Program-made: the position numbers and the translations under genes
Assembly (NCBI GenBank): GCA_043228905.1
Contig: JBHGNT010000141.1
Span: 3,520-67,519, forward strand
Direction of reading: 5' to 3'
DNA length: 64,000 nucleotides
DNA from: Azolla caroliniana
Taxonomy: Eukaryota; Plantae; Polypodiophyta
Notes under the pieces: model-generated
What the model saw: the letters and a program-made list of their open reading frames with translations, nothing else
What the model was told of the DNA's origin: nothing
Database searches by the model: none
Shown: positions 1 to 12,804 of the stretch, piece after piece
Layout: every line of letters begins with the position of its first letter
Numbering within the stretch: position 1 is the first letter of the stretch

Positions 1-538
1 ACAAGTTAAAGATTAGATGTTTGGTAAAGGGTTTACAAGTGGACAATTCCATCGTCTTATGTCATTTCTTCAATACGAAAAGGGCTTCACATATTTTATG
101 GATCCTAAACTCATTTGTCAATATGCAGTTTATGGTGTGTGGATGGCATGTTCAAAGTATAGGAATGTTTTTTTACTTTTTTTACTTTTTTTACTTTCTT
201 TATGGATTTGAGGACACTCATTTGAAGTTAAGATAATTTTCTCTTGACTTTTGACAATTAGGCTAGAAATGGTTGCAATTTAGCATATTTCCTAATAATG
301 GGGGTTTTGTGGGATCATTAGGAAGTAGGACATGACTTTTAGTGTATTTTCTTTAATAAAATATCATTTCTAAGGTATTGAAATCCTCAATAATACAAAA
401 AATGGATCCAAAATTCACAAGTGTGAAGTAATCACGACAATAATGCATGTAAATGAGAAAATTAATATACTTTCTTTGAGTTATACATTTTAAGCGTGGT
501 TGAGGTAAGAAAACATGAATAAACACTCATAGAAAAAA

Positions 539-842
539 GGGAAAAGTACCAAGATACCCCTGGAAGTTCGTCTATTTACCAAAATGCCCCTGGAAGTTCC
601 AAATTTATCAAACTACCCCTATGTCCAAAAAATTACCAAAAAATTACACTCAAATCTACAAGCCCTATTTACCAAAGTTGGAAGAAATGGACCCGAACTA
701 GCCCTATTTACCAAAGATTTGAGTGTATAATTACTTTATAAAGTGTAATTTTTTGGACATAGGGGTAGTTTAGTAAATTTGGAACTTCCAGGGGCATTCT
801 GGTAAATAGACGAACTTCCAAGGGTATCCTGGTACTTTTCCC
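539..842. mobile_element. Mutator-like (MULE) MITE, 304 bp
   Basis: ~100-bp near-perfect terminal inverted repeats (GGGAAAAGTACC...GGTACTTTTCCC) flanked by an exact 9-bp TSD TAGAAAAAA at 530-538 and 843-851. No coding capacity. Confidence 0.92.
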
Positions 843-1391
843 TAGAAAAAATGAAGGTATTCATTGACCAAGATGAACTGTAATTTAAGGTAGGAAAATA
901 TAACCAAGCAATCATAGAAAAAATAAAGGTAATCAACATGAAATGTATGCAATGTCCACCTTATAGAGTCATGGATGATAAACATTGATAAAGGATTAAG
1001 TAATGCCATGGGTCCATCGATGTGAAAGTTGCAATATAAAGATATTTTTCAATGCTCTTTTTAGCCAATTACAAATGGTAAACTTAGACTACTACTTCTA
1101 TGAAGTAAATGTAAGAGGGTTTGAAGAAAACTCAAAATATCTCTATGAAAGAATGAAATACTAAACAATCATAGACGAGCATAAGAATCTGAGTCCAATT
1201 ATCAACATTACAAAGTTCCTTTTCCTTGTGTTTTCTACCTTTTCTCAAAAAATTGTTGGCATCAAAAGTTGAGGGGATGAATACAACATCAATAATTCTC
1301 TATTGAAATCCTAGAATTGAACTAGGAATGTTGAAGCGAATATATAAGTTCCTTTGGTTGATGTAAAATTAAAGAATATCATTTAATCTAT

Positions 1392-3530
1392 GGATGGACA
1401 TTGATCACTCATAACACTACAATCTACTTGTGGACAAAATAAAAGCGAAGTTAATATAGTGGAATGCAAGAAAACTCTCCTTTACAACCAAGATTGTGAT
1501 TGCAAATCAAGTTCTAATGGCCACAATATGGCATACTGCGGCATGTTGGATAATCGCACCCAAGTCGATGAAAGTGATAAAAAGGCTGATCATAAATTTC
1601 TTATGGGGGGGCACAGAAGAAAAACATGCTTGTGCAAAGGTTGCATGGACTACACTCATAAAAGTTAAAAGTGAAGGTGGGGTGGGACTAATAGATCCTG
1701 TGGTGCAAACAAAGGCCTTGTTAGGTAAATTGGTGGTCAGGAGCTTGCAACCACCTGAGGCATCTTGGAAAATTCTCTGGCAACGCAAATGGAAGATGTG
1801 GTTGCCAAGACATGGTGGAAGTTGGCCAAGTAGCGCTTTTTGGGGGTTTGAGCCAGAAATGCGACCCAAATACCGGGGATGTACACAGAGTATATGTGTT
1901 GTTGGAATTATGAAGGCATGGAATGAAATAAGAAAGGGAATCATTTGTAGGTGGAGAAATGATGCATATGCTCGACTGTACATGCCTATTGTTTGGAACC
2001 CATTAATTAGAGATGTGAATGGGCTGATGATAGGACAAAAAGCAGGCTTCAAATGGGCCAATTTAATCAATGCCCAAGGGAATACATTAGCAGATTGGAA
2101 GAGATTTCTATGTAATGATGTGGACACTCAAAAGGCTAGAATATGGAGGATAAACATGGGTAAATGCATGCTAATGAGGATTATAGATGCCTTTGCACGC
2201 AGCGGGCAAATCTTGGAAGATGCAGCCATAAGTTCCTCTGAAATGGAATGGACAGGACTTATCAATGCTGAAAATTATCTAATTGGAATTAAGGGAATGA
2301 AAGTCGGATCTAATGAGGCATGCTACTAAAAAATAGAGCATAGAATGGTAATATGTGAGCAACCAGCCTATCAAACTAAAAGGCCAATTAGGTTGCTTGC
2401 AAAAAATGGAAAGGATATGATAGTTGACCCCGAGCCGAGTGAGCTCAAACCAACGACACTGTGTTGGCCGATAGAAGGGCATTCAAATAAAAGCTATTAT
2501 GGGACCCTGCGATGTATTTCGAGAAAACTCAAGGTCAAAGTTGGTGCCAAGTTGGTGCAATTTTTCAGGTACAACACAAAAATCGGGAGGCAAATTATAC
2601 TAAAACAAGAACACAAAGATATTGTAGCTCGTAAATTTTGGATACAAGAGGGCATTAGTGAAAGGAGATTAGCTCAATTCTGGAAAATGATATGGCATGA
2701 CATCAGTGACCGCAAGATAATGATGTGCTTATGGCTTATTGTGCATAGAGCCTTGCCAATAGGGGCGTGGGCTAAAGGCCCCAATGTTGACCCTAGATGT
2801 AGTGCATGTGGACAACTAGAAAGCATTTCCCATTGTCTCTGGGAATGTCATGAGGCTACAGTTGTATGGAGAAGGGCATTACAATTGCTTTGCCATGCCT
2901 CTAGCTCATTTACCCTCAATTGAGGACATGCTTGTTGGAATTGTCTTGATGATGACATACAGAAATTTGATAGCACATGTACAACTATGTACATAGGGGA
3001 GAATGGAACTATTCGATTGATTGTTGGTAACAGTGCACCTAGAAGTAATGCCCAAAAGCAGAAAATTGAAGATCTATGGATGTTGCTAGCACCCATTATC
3101 ATATGGAACATTTGGACCGCAAGATGTACCAGGGTATTTTCAGCAAATAAACGGCCTCCAACAGAATCTATTAAGTTAATATGGCACACACTAATAACTA
3201 CATTGAGGGCCCAATATGAGCGGATTGATGGAACAGATGATGCTTCAGAATTAATGAGGCTGAATTTCAGAAAACGATGGTGTACTACACCGATGACTGC
3301 AAAAATTGGAGTGGATATACGATGGCAGTACGTAGTACCGAGATGGTTGTTCCCCCCTCCCATTAGATGATAGAGGGGCGTGAATGACACGAGAAACATG
3401 GAGAACAAACATGTGGGATATTTAGTGTAAGATAAATAAGTGATGTAGCCCATATGGAAGTAGGTAATGTCTAAAGTTGTGTATTGTATGTCATTTTAAC
3501 TAATGGAGTATATTCTTCTTTGGGAAAAAA
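1392..3530 (+). mobile_element. 5'-truncated L1-type LINE retrotransposon (ORF2 C-terminal part with zf-RVT), degenerate
   Basis: ORFs 1496-2329, 2345-2923 and 2987-3370 lie in one frame separated by stops. Motifs NFLWGG..KVAW..K.EGGVG and KIMMCLW..HRALP..CSACGQLESISHCLWEC. Short A-tail at 3525-3530. Exact 17-bp TSD AATATCATTTAATCTAT at 1375-1391 and 3531-3547. Confidence 0.92.
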
Positions 3531-5455
3531 AATATCATTTAATCTATATGAGTTTTGTAAACCAAAGACAATGCTTGTATGCCAAAGAGAAACATGGTAA
3601 AAGGGCACCCATTGGTTCCAAAAAAAGGATGAGATTTAGAGGATCCCTTGAAAATCATCAAGTAAAACTAGGAAAGATATGGTTTCCACAATGTTAATTT
3701 TCAAATCAATGTTGGGGATCATAACTTGGCATATAAGTGTGAGCAAGAGGTTTTCACAAAGGCTTGGTCTAGAAATAAATCACTATACAAGTTTCAGTAT
3801 ACACCTTTACATATTCACCATCTATCAACCACCTACCTATTCACAACACTTACATCATACACATGATTGATCATTTTATGAGGGTTTCACCACGCATCAC
3901 CCAACCATTAACAACTTAAAGTTTCAACTAGGTTTTGGTGGGTGTGAAGTTTGAACACTTATTTCTTGAACAATCGCAACCATTTATTGCATTGCAATAT
4001 ATCAAGCAAGAGGTTACCTAGAGGAAATGTCGTAGAATCATGTTTATAACATAGATAAGTCAACATAAAAAAATTTAAGAACACAAAAAGAACTTCATAT
4101 TGTCAACTTGGACCTTAAACAACATGAAATTTTAAACCAAAGTTCCAAATTTATCAATAGCATGATCACTTGTAAATTATCTTTGTACGACTCAAAGGAG
4201 GCAAAAAGGTAGTTTCTTTTATAAGAAACATATATTCCCCCTCTCATGTAGAGATCCTTCTCAAACATTGCAATTAGAAGGAGAAATCAACGTTCTTTTT
4301 AAATAGAAGTTCTCTACCATACATATGTGTTCTTACTTGTGTCTATTTCACAAGCTCTATATAGAAATTTTGTGACATCACAATGACAATAGGTTCGAAA
4401 ATCCTAGGGCAAAGCATGAGGGGACCAATACATTTGATAATGAAGAAAACATTAAATAAAAATAACAACTTGAGTGCATGCCTTGACCATTCATGTATTC
4501 AAAAGATTGTTTCCAATACACAAAAAACAATGTGTATACCTTGTGAAACAAGCCTCAAAGTCAATAAGAAAATCATCTACTCAACGAGTTGAGAAAGAGC
4601 AAGACAAGAGTATTGCATCTTATAAAATGTGCTATATAGTCTTAGTTTGCGGGCAAAGTTCATGTGTGCACTCATTTGGTATGTGAGTTGAGGGTGTGAA
4701 CTTAAGAGGGTATGCCAAAAACACATATCCTGGTAATGAGAAAAGAATTTTAGTAATTTGATAGAAAGATTGAGAACTTTGAAATGTAACCTCATGTGTG
4801 ATGATGAAATGCACCTCTCTTACCATTGAAGTGGCAAGTATGGCCAACTTTTCGTGTGTGGACTTGATAGAGTTACCTCATGGTATAATGATGAGATGCA
4901 ACTCTCTTTCCCTTCACGTTAGGCATCTCCTTGTCACTCTCAGATGCATACTTATATTTAGGGAAGTTTTCACTTCTTTGTGTATGAAGAAAGTATGTTT
5001 GCACTTTCTCAAAATTATATCGATATATTCTCGACCCAAAAAAACGACGTTTTATTCCAATAAAAGAAGCATGGTAGACTACCTCTCTCTACTCAATTAG
5101 AGATTTGTTTCCTCTCTTTTTAAAAGAAAAGAAAAAACCATGCATTTCTATTAATTGTACGAAAGGTCTATTAGAATTACTATTGTAGCCTAATTCGGAG
5201 GATAATGAAAGAACAAAGTAATGAAATCATTACAAACACACTATGTTATGTATCCTCGAGACCTCTATGAAGAAGAAGAACCCATGTAGCAGAACGTATC
5301 AACAAGACATGTATTGGCATACAAGATTATGTATGCTAACAAAAAAATCGTAAAAGAGGCAAGGTGAGATTTCTGTCCTTTCCTTATTTCTCAATGCTCA
5401 CACACACACTCACTCTCTTTCTCTCTCTCATCCCCTCATAAGTCTTTGATATGCT

Positions 5456-5580
5456 ATACAAGGTCACACCAACAAAGAAATCGAAGAAACTACGTGTATT
5501 CCCATACAAGGTCACACCAACAAAGAAATCAGAGGAAATACATGAATTGACATACAAGGTCACACGAACCACGAGATCGA
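5456..5580. repeat. Three degenerate ~48-bp tandem units (ATACAAGGTCACACCAACAAAGAAATC core)
   Basis: Core seen at ~5456, ~5503 and ~5552. Confidence 0.7.
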
Positions 5581-6105
5581 AGAGGTGAGATTTCTTTCCT
5601 CCTTCTATCTCTCTCTTTCTCTCTCTCACTCTCATCCCCTCTCATAACTCTTTGATCGGAATGGGTTATTTGACAGAACATAGAAATAGATTTCGGAGAA
5701 AGGCGGAAATCTACATGCAATTTGAATATTGAGACCATATGAATAGATAGGTTTGAGAAAAGACTTGGTATTAGACCTTAGTAGGAGAAGAAGAAGGGTG
5801 GAGGTTTTCAATAAAGTAAGGGATATAAATGTAAATTTATAGAAGGTGAAGGATACATTTATCAGTATGTGATAATAAGAAGAAGTATACATCCTTATAA
5901 GTTATACATATTAACATCTGAGAGAGAGGGAGAGAGACACTAAGAATAAGATGGTATTTGATGAAGACCCTGTTCCTATAACACAAAAAGACTCTGTTCT
6001 TGTCAATCTCAATGAAACTCCTCTTCCTTTACATGAGCTAATCATTGTTGGTGTTCACAATACAGCTGAAGAGCAGAGGATTAATAGGTATGTGGATCAT
6101 TTTTT

Positions 6106-6107
<2 letters not shown>

Positions 6108-6181
<74 letters not shown>

Positions 6182-6190
6182 TGTATGTAT
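6108..6190. repeat. Compound microsatellite (TA)n(TATG)n
   Basis: Read directly from the sequence. Confidence 0.95.
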
Positions 6191-6232
6191 GAGACAGATA
6201 GACAGACAGAAACAGAGTGATTGTAGAATTCC

Positions 6233-9089
6233 ATGGATGCTTTTTTATATATTAGAGAGAGAGGAGATAGCATTCAAAAGATGAAAAGGGTTGAATTTGC
6301 TCTCATTGTTGCTATTAGGGAGATTAGTAAGAAGATTGAGATGCCTAGTCAAGCAGCCCTAGCAACAACTTCTTCTTCCCCGATGATATCAGAAGATGAA
6401 GGTTCAGCTCTCGATTGCGACCTCACATTATCGCCATCGACCGCTATCAGGGCATTTGCAACATCAGTAGGGAGGGAAGAGATGAACCAAAAGCACTCAA
6501 ATGACAATAACACGGCTGCCTATTTCTTATGGCCGGCTTCATATCGGCCCCATGGCCGTGCCGAAGACAGGACAGCATACTTCCACGGTCTTCAGAAAGA
6601 GTCTGATGATGTGGAGATGAGTGAAAAAGTTCCTTGTGGACAACAAGCAACAACTTTGTTGGATGTCATGACCATCCGAGCCTACCATAGTAAAAGACTC
6701 CGGAGAGCAAGCCTTGGGACTGCCGTCGGATTTCGGACCAGAAGAGGAGCCTTGACTTCTATCCCGGCCATCATTGTCCTTGTTGCTCGGAAGGTCCATA
6801 CAGCATGGCTCCACGATGGCCAACGACTTCCCGTATACCTCGAGGTGAGCTGTCTCGGATCTTGTCATCGTCCAAATGAAATGAGATGTGATGTGATGCA
6901 ATAAGCCTCTCTTCTTCTTGAAAAGTGTATATATATAAATATAAATATATTGGTGAAAAACTCCTAGATGCCGCAAAGCTTTTTCTCTATTTCCCCAGAC
7001 ATTCCAAACTTTTCATTATTTCTTCAAAGGCACTTGGACAACCCCTGAAATAAAGAATAGTGGTGAATGAATTGACCATACAATTTCTTGAATGCATGTA
7101 AAATTTAAATGCTGGAGATTGGGTTAACCGAGGGATTTGGGCAAATGAAGAAAACCCCGGGGGGGTATTTCAGATTTTACCCAAACACATATAATTCTGA
7201 AAAAGTAGTGTTTTTAAATATTGAAGTTCTATCAAGGAGATCAATCAAGTAATAGTTGTTGTTTTATACAAACAAAGGCTCAACAATTTCTTGTTCTCTC
7301 AAGGGGCCAGGAGGTATATGGTGTGATGTGGATGTGGTAGAATTTGCATACTATGGAGCTCCAGTGATTGCTCCAAAAGAGCAAGTTTACACCGAACTCG
7401 TGGAAGGCTTACGTGGAGGTGATCCGTGCATCGGCCCTGGATCTCAAGTACGAAATTCATCCGAAAATAACCTAAAAGTCTCAAAAAAACTTAAACCCTA
7501 GACCTCTGAAAAGCACTATGATGGACATTTTTCTGAAATTCCTTACTTTTGTTTTCAGCCTTTTGTCTTGAGGTAGTTGTTTCTTGTCCAGGTTGCAAGT
7601 CAAGAAACGTATGGCACCCTCGGAGCCATTGTGCAAAGTCGCGTAGGTGCTCACCAGGTGGGCTTTCTGACGAATCGTCATGTGGCTGTCGACTTGGATT
7701 ATCCAAACCAAAAGATGTTCCATCCTCTTCCACCTAATGTTGGTCCAGGTGTTTACCTTGGGGCAGTAGAAAGAGCAACCTCTTTCATCACCGATGAGAG
7801 ATGGTATAGTATCTTTGCAAGTCTAAACCCAGGTGTGTTCTCTCTCAGATTTAAACTTTAAGGAAATTTACGAAAGTATCCGTCGTGCATTTGGAGAATT
7901 CTGAAAACACTAGGAAAATCTTGAGAGTTACATGAAAATGAGGGGTATTTTGGTGAATTTCCAAAACTAACATTATATATTGGTCACTTTGTTTTTTGAA
8001 TGTTACCAGAGACATTCGTCCGTGCTGATGGTGCTTTCATCCCATTTGCTGAGAGCTTTGACATGTCTAGAGTTACGACCACTATCAAAGGTGTGGGTGA
8101 TATGGGGGATGTCTATATGATAGATCTGCAAGCTCCCATTAGTAGTGTTGTGGGTAAGCAAGTGGTCAAAGTTGGTAGAAGCTCGGGGCTAACTAAAGGT
8201 AGCATTATGGCATATGCTCTAGAGTATAATGATGAGAAAGGCATCTGCTTTTTCACTGACTTTCTCATTGTGGGTGAGAATAAACAAGCCTTTGATCTAG
8301 AAGGGGATAGTGGTAGTCTGGTGTTGTTGGTTGAAGAAAAGCCTAGACCTATCGGAATCATATGGGGTGGCACTGCAAATCGCGGACGATTGAAACTAAG
8401 AAGTGGTCATGGACCTGAGAATTGGACAAGTGGAGTCGATCTTGGGCGCCTTCTACAATGCCTACAACTTGAATTGATCACAAGCGATTCTTCATTAAAA
8501 GGCAAATCTCTATCAATGAAACCTTTTAAAATTCCCCCCAAATGTTTTGAAATTTTCAGGGTCATTGACAAGATTCATGAGGGGATAACGACTGTGCTAA
8601 ATATCTTTGATGATCAAAAAAGCAAAACTTGTTTCTCTATTATGCTGAAATGTTGTTTTCTAATCTAAATATAATGTTTGAGACAATATGATTTGCTGTC
8701 TATGAGCAGAAGCTATTCAGCACCAAAAGCGCATGTCATCGAGTGATATGGTTGTGGGAGAATGCTGTTCAAAGTATTTTGCAATGAGCGAGGCGAACCG
8801 ACCTTCTTCTTTCATGAATTCTTTCCTTCAAGTAGAGAGTCACATAAGTCAAGTGGCCCATGGAGATGTGGTGAGCTTTGAGAACAAGAGTGAAATGGAT
8901 ATAAATGATGGAGCAACATTAGTTTGCTCCAGGGACAAGGAGCCGATAGATTTCATGAAAGAATTGGATTTTGGAATGCAACGGAGAGAATATGGGCAGC
9001 ACGCAGGTCTACCGGCATTGCATAAAGTGTGCTATGAAGACATTTCTTCCAGCTTACATCTATCAAATAGCAGGCCTAGTTGGTTATGA
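6233..9089 (+). CDS. NAL1-like: NARROW LEAF 1-like trypsin-family serine protease, 5 coding exons (6233-6844, 7304-7447, 7592-7832, 8010-8501, 8710-9089); start codon uncertain (6233, 6281, 6341 or 6383)
   Basis: Conserved motifs TIRAYHSK.LRR.SLGTAVGFR, GPGGIWCDVDVVEF, TNRHVAVD (His), RADGAFIP (Asp), GDSGS (Ser) and GGTANRGRLKL. Splice phases join into one continuous frame. Confidence 0.93.
6951..7183. mobile_element. Degenerate MULE-like MITE in NAL1-like intron 1
   Basis: The right end (reverse complement GGGTAAAATCTGAAATACCCC) resembles the TIR of the 539-842 element and loosely pairs with the left end GGTGAAAAACTCCTAGATGCC. No clean TSD. Confidence 0.4.
7862..7962. mobile_element. Small MULE-like inverted-repeat element in NAL1-like intron 3
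   Basis: Left end GGAAATTTACGAAAGTATCCGTC versus right-end reverse complement GGAAATTCACCAAAATACCCCTC. Confidence 0.5.
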
Positions 9090-10625
9090 GGTTAATTCAT
9101 ACAATACAATACTCGGACTTTGTCTTGTAACATATGAGGTACTTTGTGAGGCTTTTTTATGTGTTTTGTTTGGTAGCATTTTGAATGTATATTAATAGTT
9201 ACCTACTTATACAAGTTTAAATGAGACCCATTTTATATGAGATAATACTATGTATTTCAACCATTGGAATTATTGTTTTGTGATCATAGAAAGTCTAAGA
9301 GGTAGCAAGAAATTTGCAGTCATTTGTGAATGCAATCCTTTGGGAAAGTTCACTTTGAAGTTCTATAGGAGGGTGATCTTAAACCCCATCCAACAAGTGA
9401 ACATTCTTACCGAGTACCATGGTATTGTCAATCCCCACCCAGTCCATTGCTTGATAACAGAATGCCGTATCCAACTATACTCCGAAGACAAGCGCGTGAT
9501 TGCACATCTTAAAAGCATAATTCCAAGCATTTGGGCCTTATCATGGACCCTTTCAAGACGTTGCATTGATACATTTTTATGGAGGGATGTACATTGTTGA
9601 TCAATTCTCCCAAGCTATGTCCATTCCAATATCAATCTAATGAGAGAACCCAAGGTCAATCCTCATCATGGTCTCAGCTGTTGTCATATATATCATATTC
9701 TGTATTGGTGGGTGTCAATAATCTTCCTCTCATGGTTGTGTCTTGGTGATTTATGTTCATAGGACCAATTCCAACAATATGGTTTTGTGTCTCGGTGATT
9801 TATGTTCATAGGATCATCATTCCAACTATTAGCTCTTGCCAAATGCCCGAAGTTTATTCATTGATTCAATCCTCATTGTCTAGGGCTCAACCCCATCTTA
9901 TTGATCTCATTTGGTCTCCCTTGGCACAAATAATCTATCTAGACATTTTGGAACTCATGAAGTACAAGTTATGGATCAACTATCATCTTTAGATGTAAAT
10001 TTATTTTCCAAAAACAATAATAAAATTGTGAGTCGTAATATATCCGATAACCATATAAGACATTAACAATGGTTAAAAAAACACTTATAACATTGACACA
10101 AACATTAGCTACCCCATGTTGTCATTAAGATGTGTCATTGATTAATTCCAATCATAATAATGGGGAGTTTTTGGATATCATATCGCGTAGATCTTCATAT
10201 AACAATGTTTCATGCCCCAACAAAGATGATGCCTTTGTTATCTCTCAATCATCATCGTAAATGATCACGGGAAGACAAGTGAGATCCTCATTTTCTTATG
10301 ACTTTGAATACCTTACATTTTATTCTTATATTCTCTTTAGAGTTTTTTTTCTCCAAAAATATATTCTCTTTAGAGTTGTATAGGACCTAGATATGATGTA
10401 CTCATTTTATATTTTATGTCTTTTTAATGGCACTAAATCACTGTCCCCCGATTACGATGGTACACCAAATCATTATCCTTGCTAGTGCTGATTCTGTCAT
10501 TTTCTAATTTTATGATTCTTTTCGTAGTTGTTTTTTCTAGTATGAAAATAGAACTTTGGGGCATGTTTAATGCTACATACATACGTACGTATAAACTATA
10601 ATCAAAAGGCTTTAATGCACGGGAT

Positions 10626-10866
10626 CATAGTATGAACCATACGTGCATTCGCACTTGAGAATGGTTCAATCATTCGAGTATGGTAAACACCCTCAAAGTA
10701 TGGTAGACACGATACTTTTGTATTCATTGTTTATTATAATGTAAATTTTGTTTTAAGGTAAAAAGTGTTAAAACAAACATAAGAATGTTTTGATAACATA
10801 CGCATTTTTTTGCATTCACATGAAAAAGAATGCCTACCAATGCATTGGAGTATATTACGTACTATG
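10626..10866. mobile_element. hAT-type MITE (CATAGTA TIR family), copy 1
   Basis: Ends CATAGTATG...CGTACTATG. Exact 8-bp TSD CACGGGAT at 10618-10625 and 10867-10874. Confidence 0.88.
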
Positions 10867-12804
10867 CACGGGATCATTCAAATGTTGTGAATATCCCCCT
10901 CTCAAAACACATTATCTCATGACACATCTTGAAGATGCTTTGTCGAGCATTAAAAGTTCGAAGTTTTTGTGTACATTCGGGGATTTTCTCACCGCATAAG
11001 GGGAAACATTCCGGTGAGGTTGGATGAATGAACTTCGTTTTGGAACACCACAATTTAGAGAAAACACAAAAATAATGTAAGTGGCCTAGCACAAACCATA
11101 CTACAAAAAGGCCAAGCAAAAAAGGTGTCATAAAGATCCCCCTCCCCCCCTTTTAAGCATGGAATGTATTTTTAATTTCTATGGACCAAGAGTGAACACA
11201 ATGGCAATACGAGAATCCTTCCGTTTTGTATAGCCCAAACATTTGTTTATGTTGGTTGAAGCCTCAAATAATTATTGTACAACATTTCTTGAATATGTTA
11301 TAACAACATTAATCTTGTATGACTAACTAATAACATGTAGAATTATATACGATTAAATTGCTTACAGTATTTAATCTTCAAGAAAAACATTTGTAAATAA
11401 TTAAAGAGTAATAACACAACATTTCAACATGGCAAATATCTAATAAAGAAAAAACATGAATTGAGTTTGCTATGCTAACAATATGGATCGAATTTGCTCA
11501 TCTCTTCATATTCTACATACATTTATAAGAAACCTAAGAAAATAATTGGTGTATTACATACTCAAAAGACATGACACATGTCAATCCTACAAGGTCAAAA
11601 AGTGTACAATCACTTGATTTCCAACTTCAGATTCTTTATGTTTGGAATAAATTTGACACGCCTTCCATCGTACCCTTTAACAATCCAAGGTCAATGAGAT
11701 GTGAATACTTAACTCGTTTAGCATTCAAGTGAGAATATATCTAGTTTTCATGTTATTGCTAATTATTAGGTACAGAAAGAGAATATTTCGAACATAATCA
11801 ATACCATCAAAACAATAGCATCATGATTTACAGACCAAATGGTATTTCGCCCCTTTAGAAGAGCTTAAGAGTTCATTACCTCATTTATTAAAACTAAGTT
11901 TGAAACTTGAAATAGAAACATGTTTAGCATCATCAGCATTCAGAATTTTCTAGTTTCATGAAATGAATACCTAACGTGTTTTAACTCTTACGTGGCTCAA
12001 GAATCATGTGTCCAACCTTTATTTAAAGCAAATTTCCACTCAACGAAGCAAGTGTGAAACAATAAAGCTTCAAAAGTTAATAATAGTAATCGTATGAACA
12101 CTGTAAGAGAGCACCTTGGAATTCGAGTAACACTAAAGTATTTCTGCTATTAAAGTATTATTGATATATAATCTGATCATCAATGTACATACAATCCAAT
12201 TGAGGATATTTTCATACTATTTCCATATTTTCCTCGCTTTGTTTTTCAGAGTCAGATCGAAGGGCAAGTTGCTGGCAATTCATTTTTATGAATGTACACA
12301 AAACTTCGTATCCAAACTTTTTTTCTATACTAAAAAAAACAACTCTTTATCAAGCCTCTCTCATAGAAAACACTTCACTACAGTCTTTCACTTATAAAGT
12401 GATCATATAGTAGTTCATAAAGGCAAAAATGTAACAAGGCTCTCAAGCGCAAGTACAAACTTTGGGTGGTGATCTTATAAGCACATTGCATAAAGCATGC
12501 ATATAGAGGGAGAGGGAGAAAGAGAGAGTTTTCCAAGTAAAAAATTAATTGTCAATTCTACATTTACCCTAATCAGAAATTCATACCAATTGTTTTGGAT
12601 ATATAGGCACAGAGCAGAGAACAGCATAAATCAGCGTAACGGAAAAAAACTTTACATTCCAGGACTCTGTAAGCTTGTCTGCTGGAAAAACACCATCTCA
12701 CCTTTCGAACCACTCATATTCGCAGACATCATCTCATCGAACCCTCGTCATATAAATGCTTATATAACCTCAATTTGTCAAATGTATCACCTCACCTATT
12801 TTTA

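Noticed and set aside
1507-3453. Antisense ORFs (206 and 201 aa) over the LINE, and similar shadow ORFs over the PPR genes
   Set aside because: Shadow frames of real coding sequence with no independent motifs.
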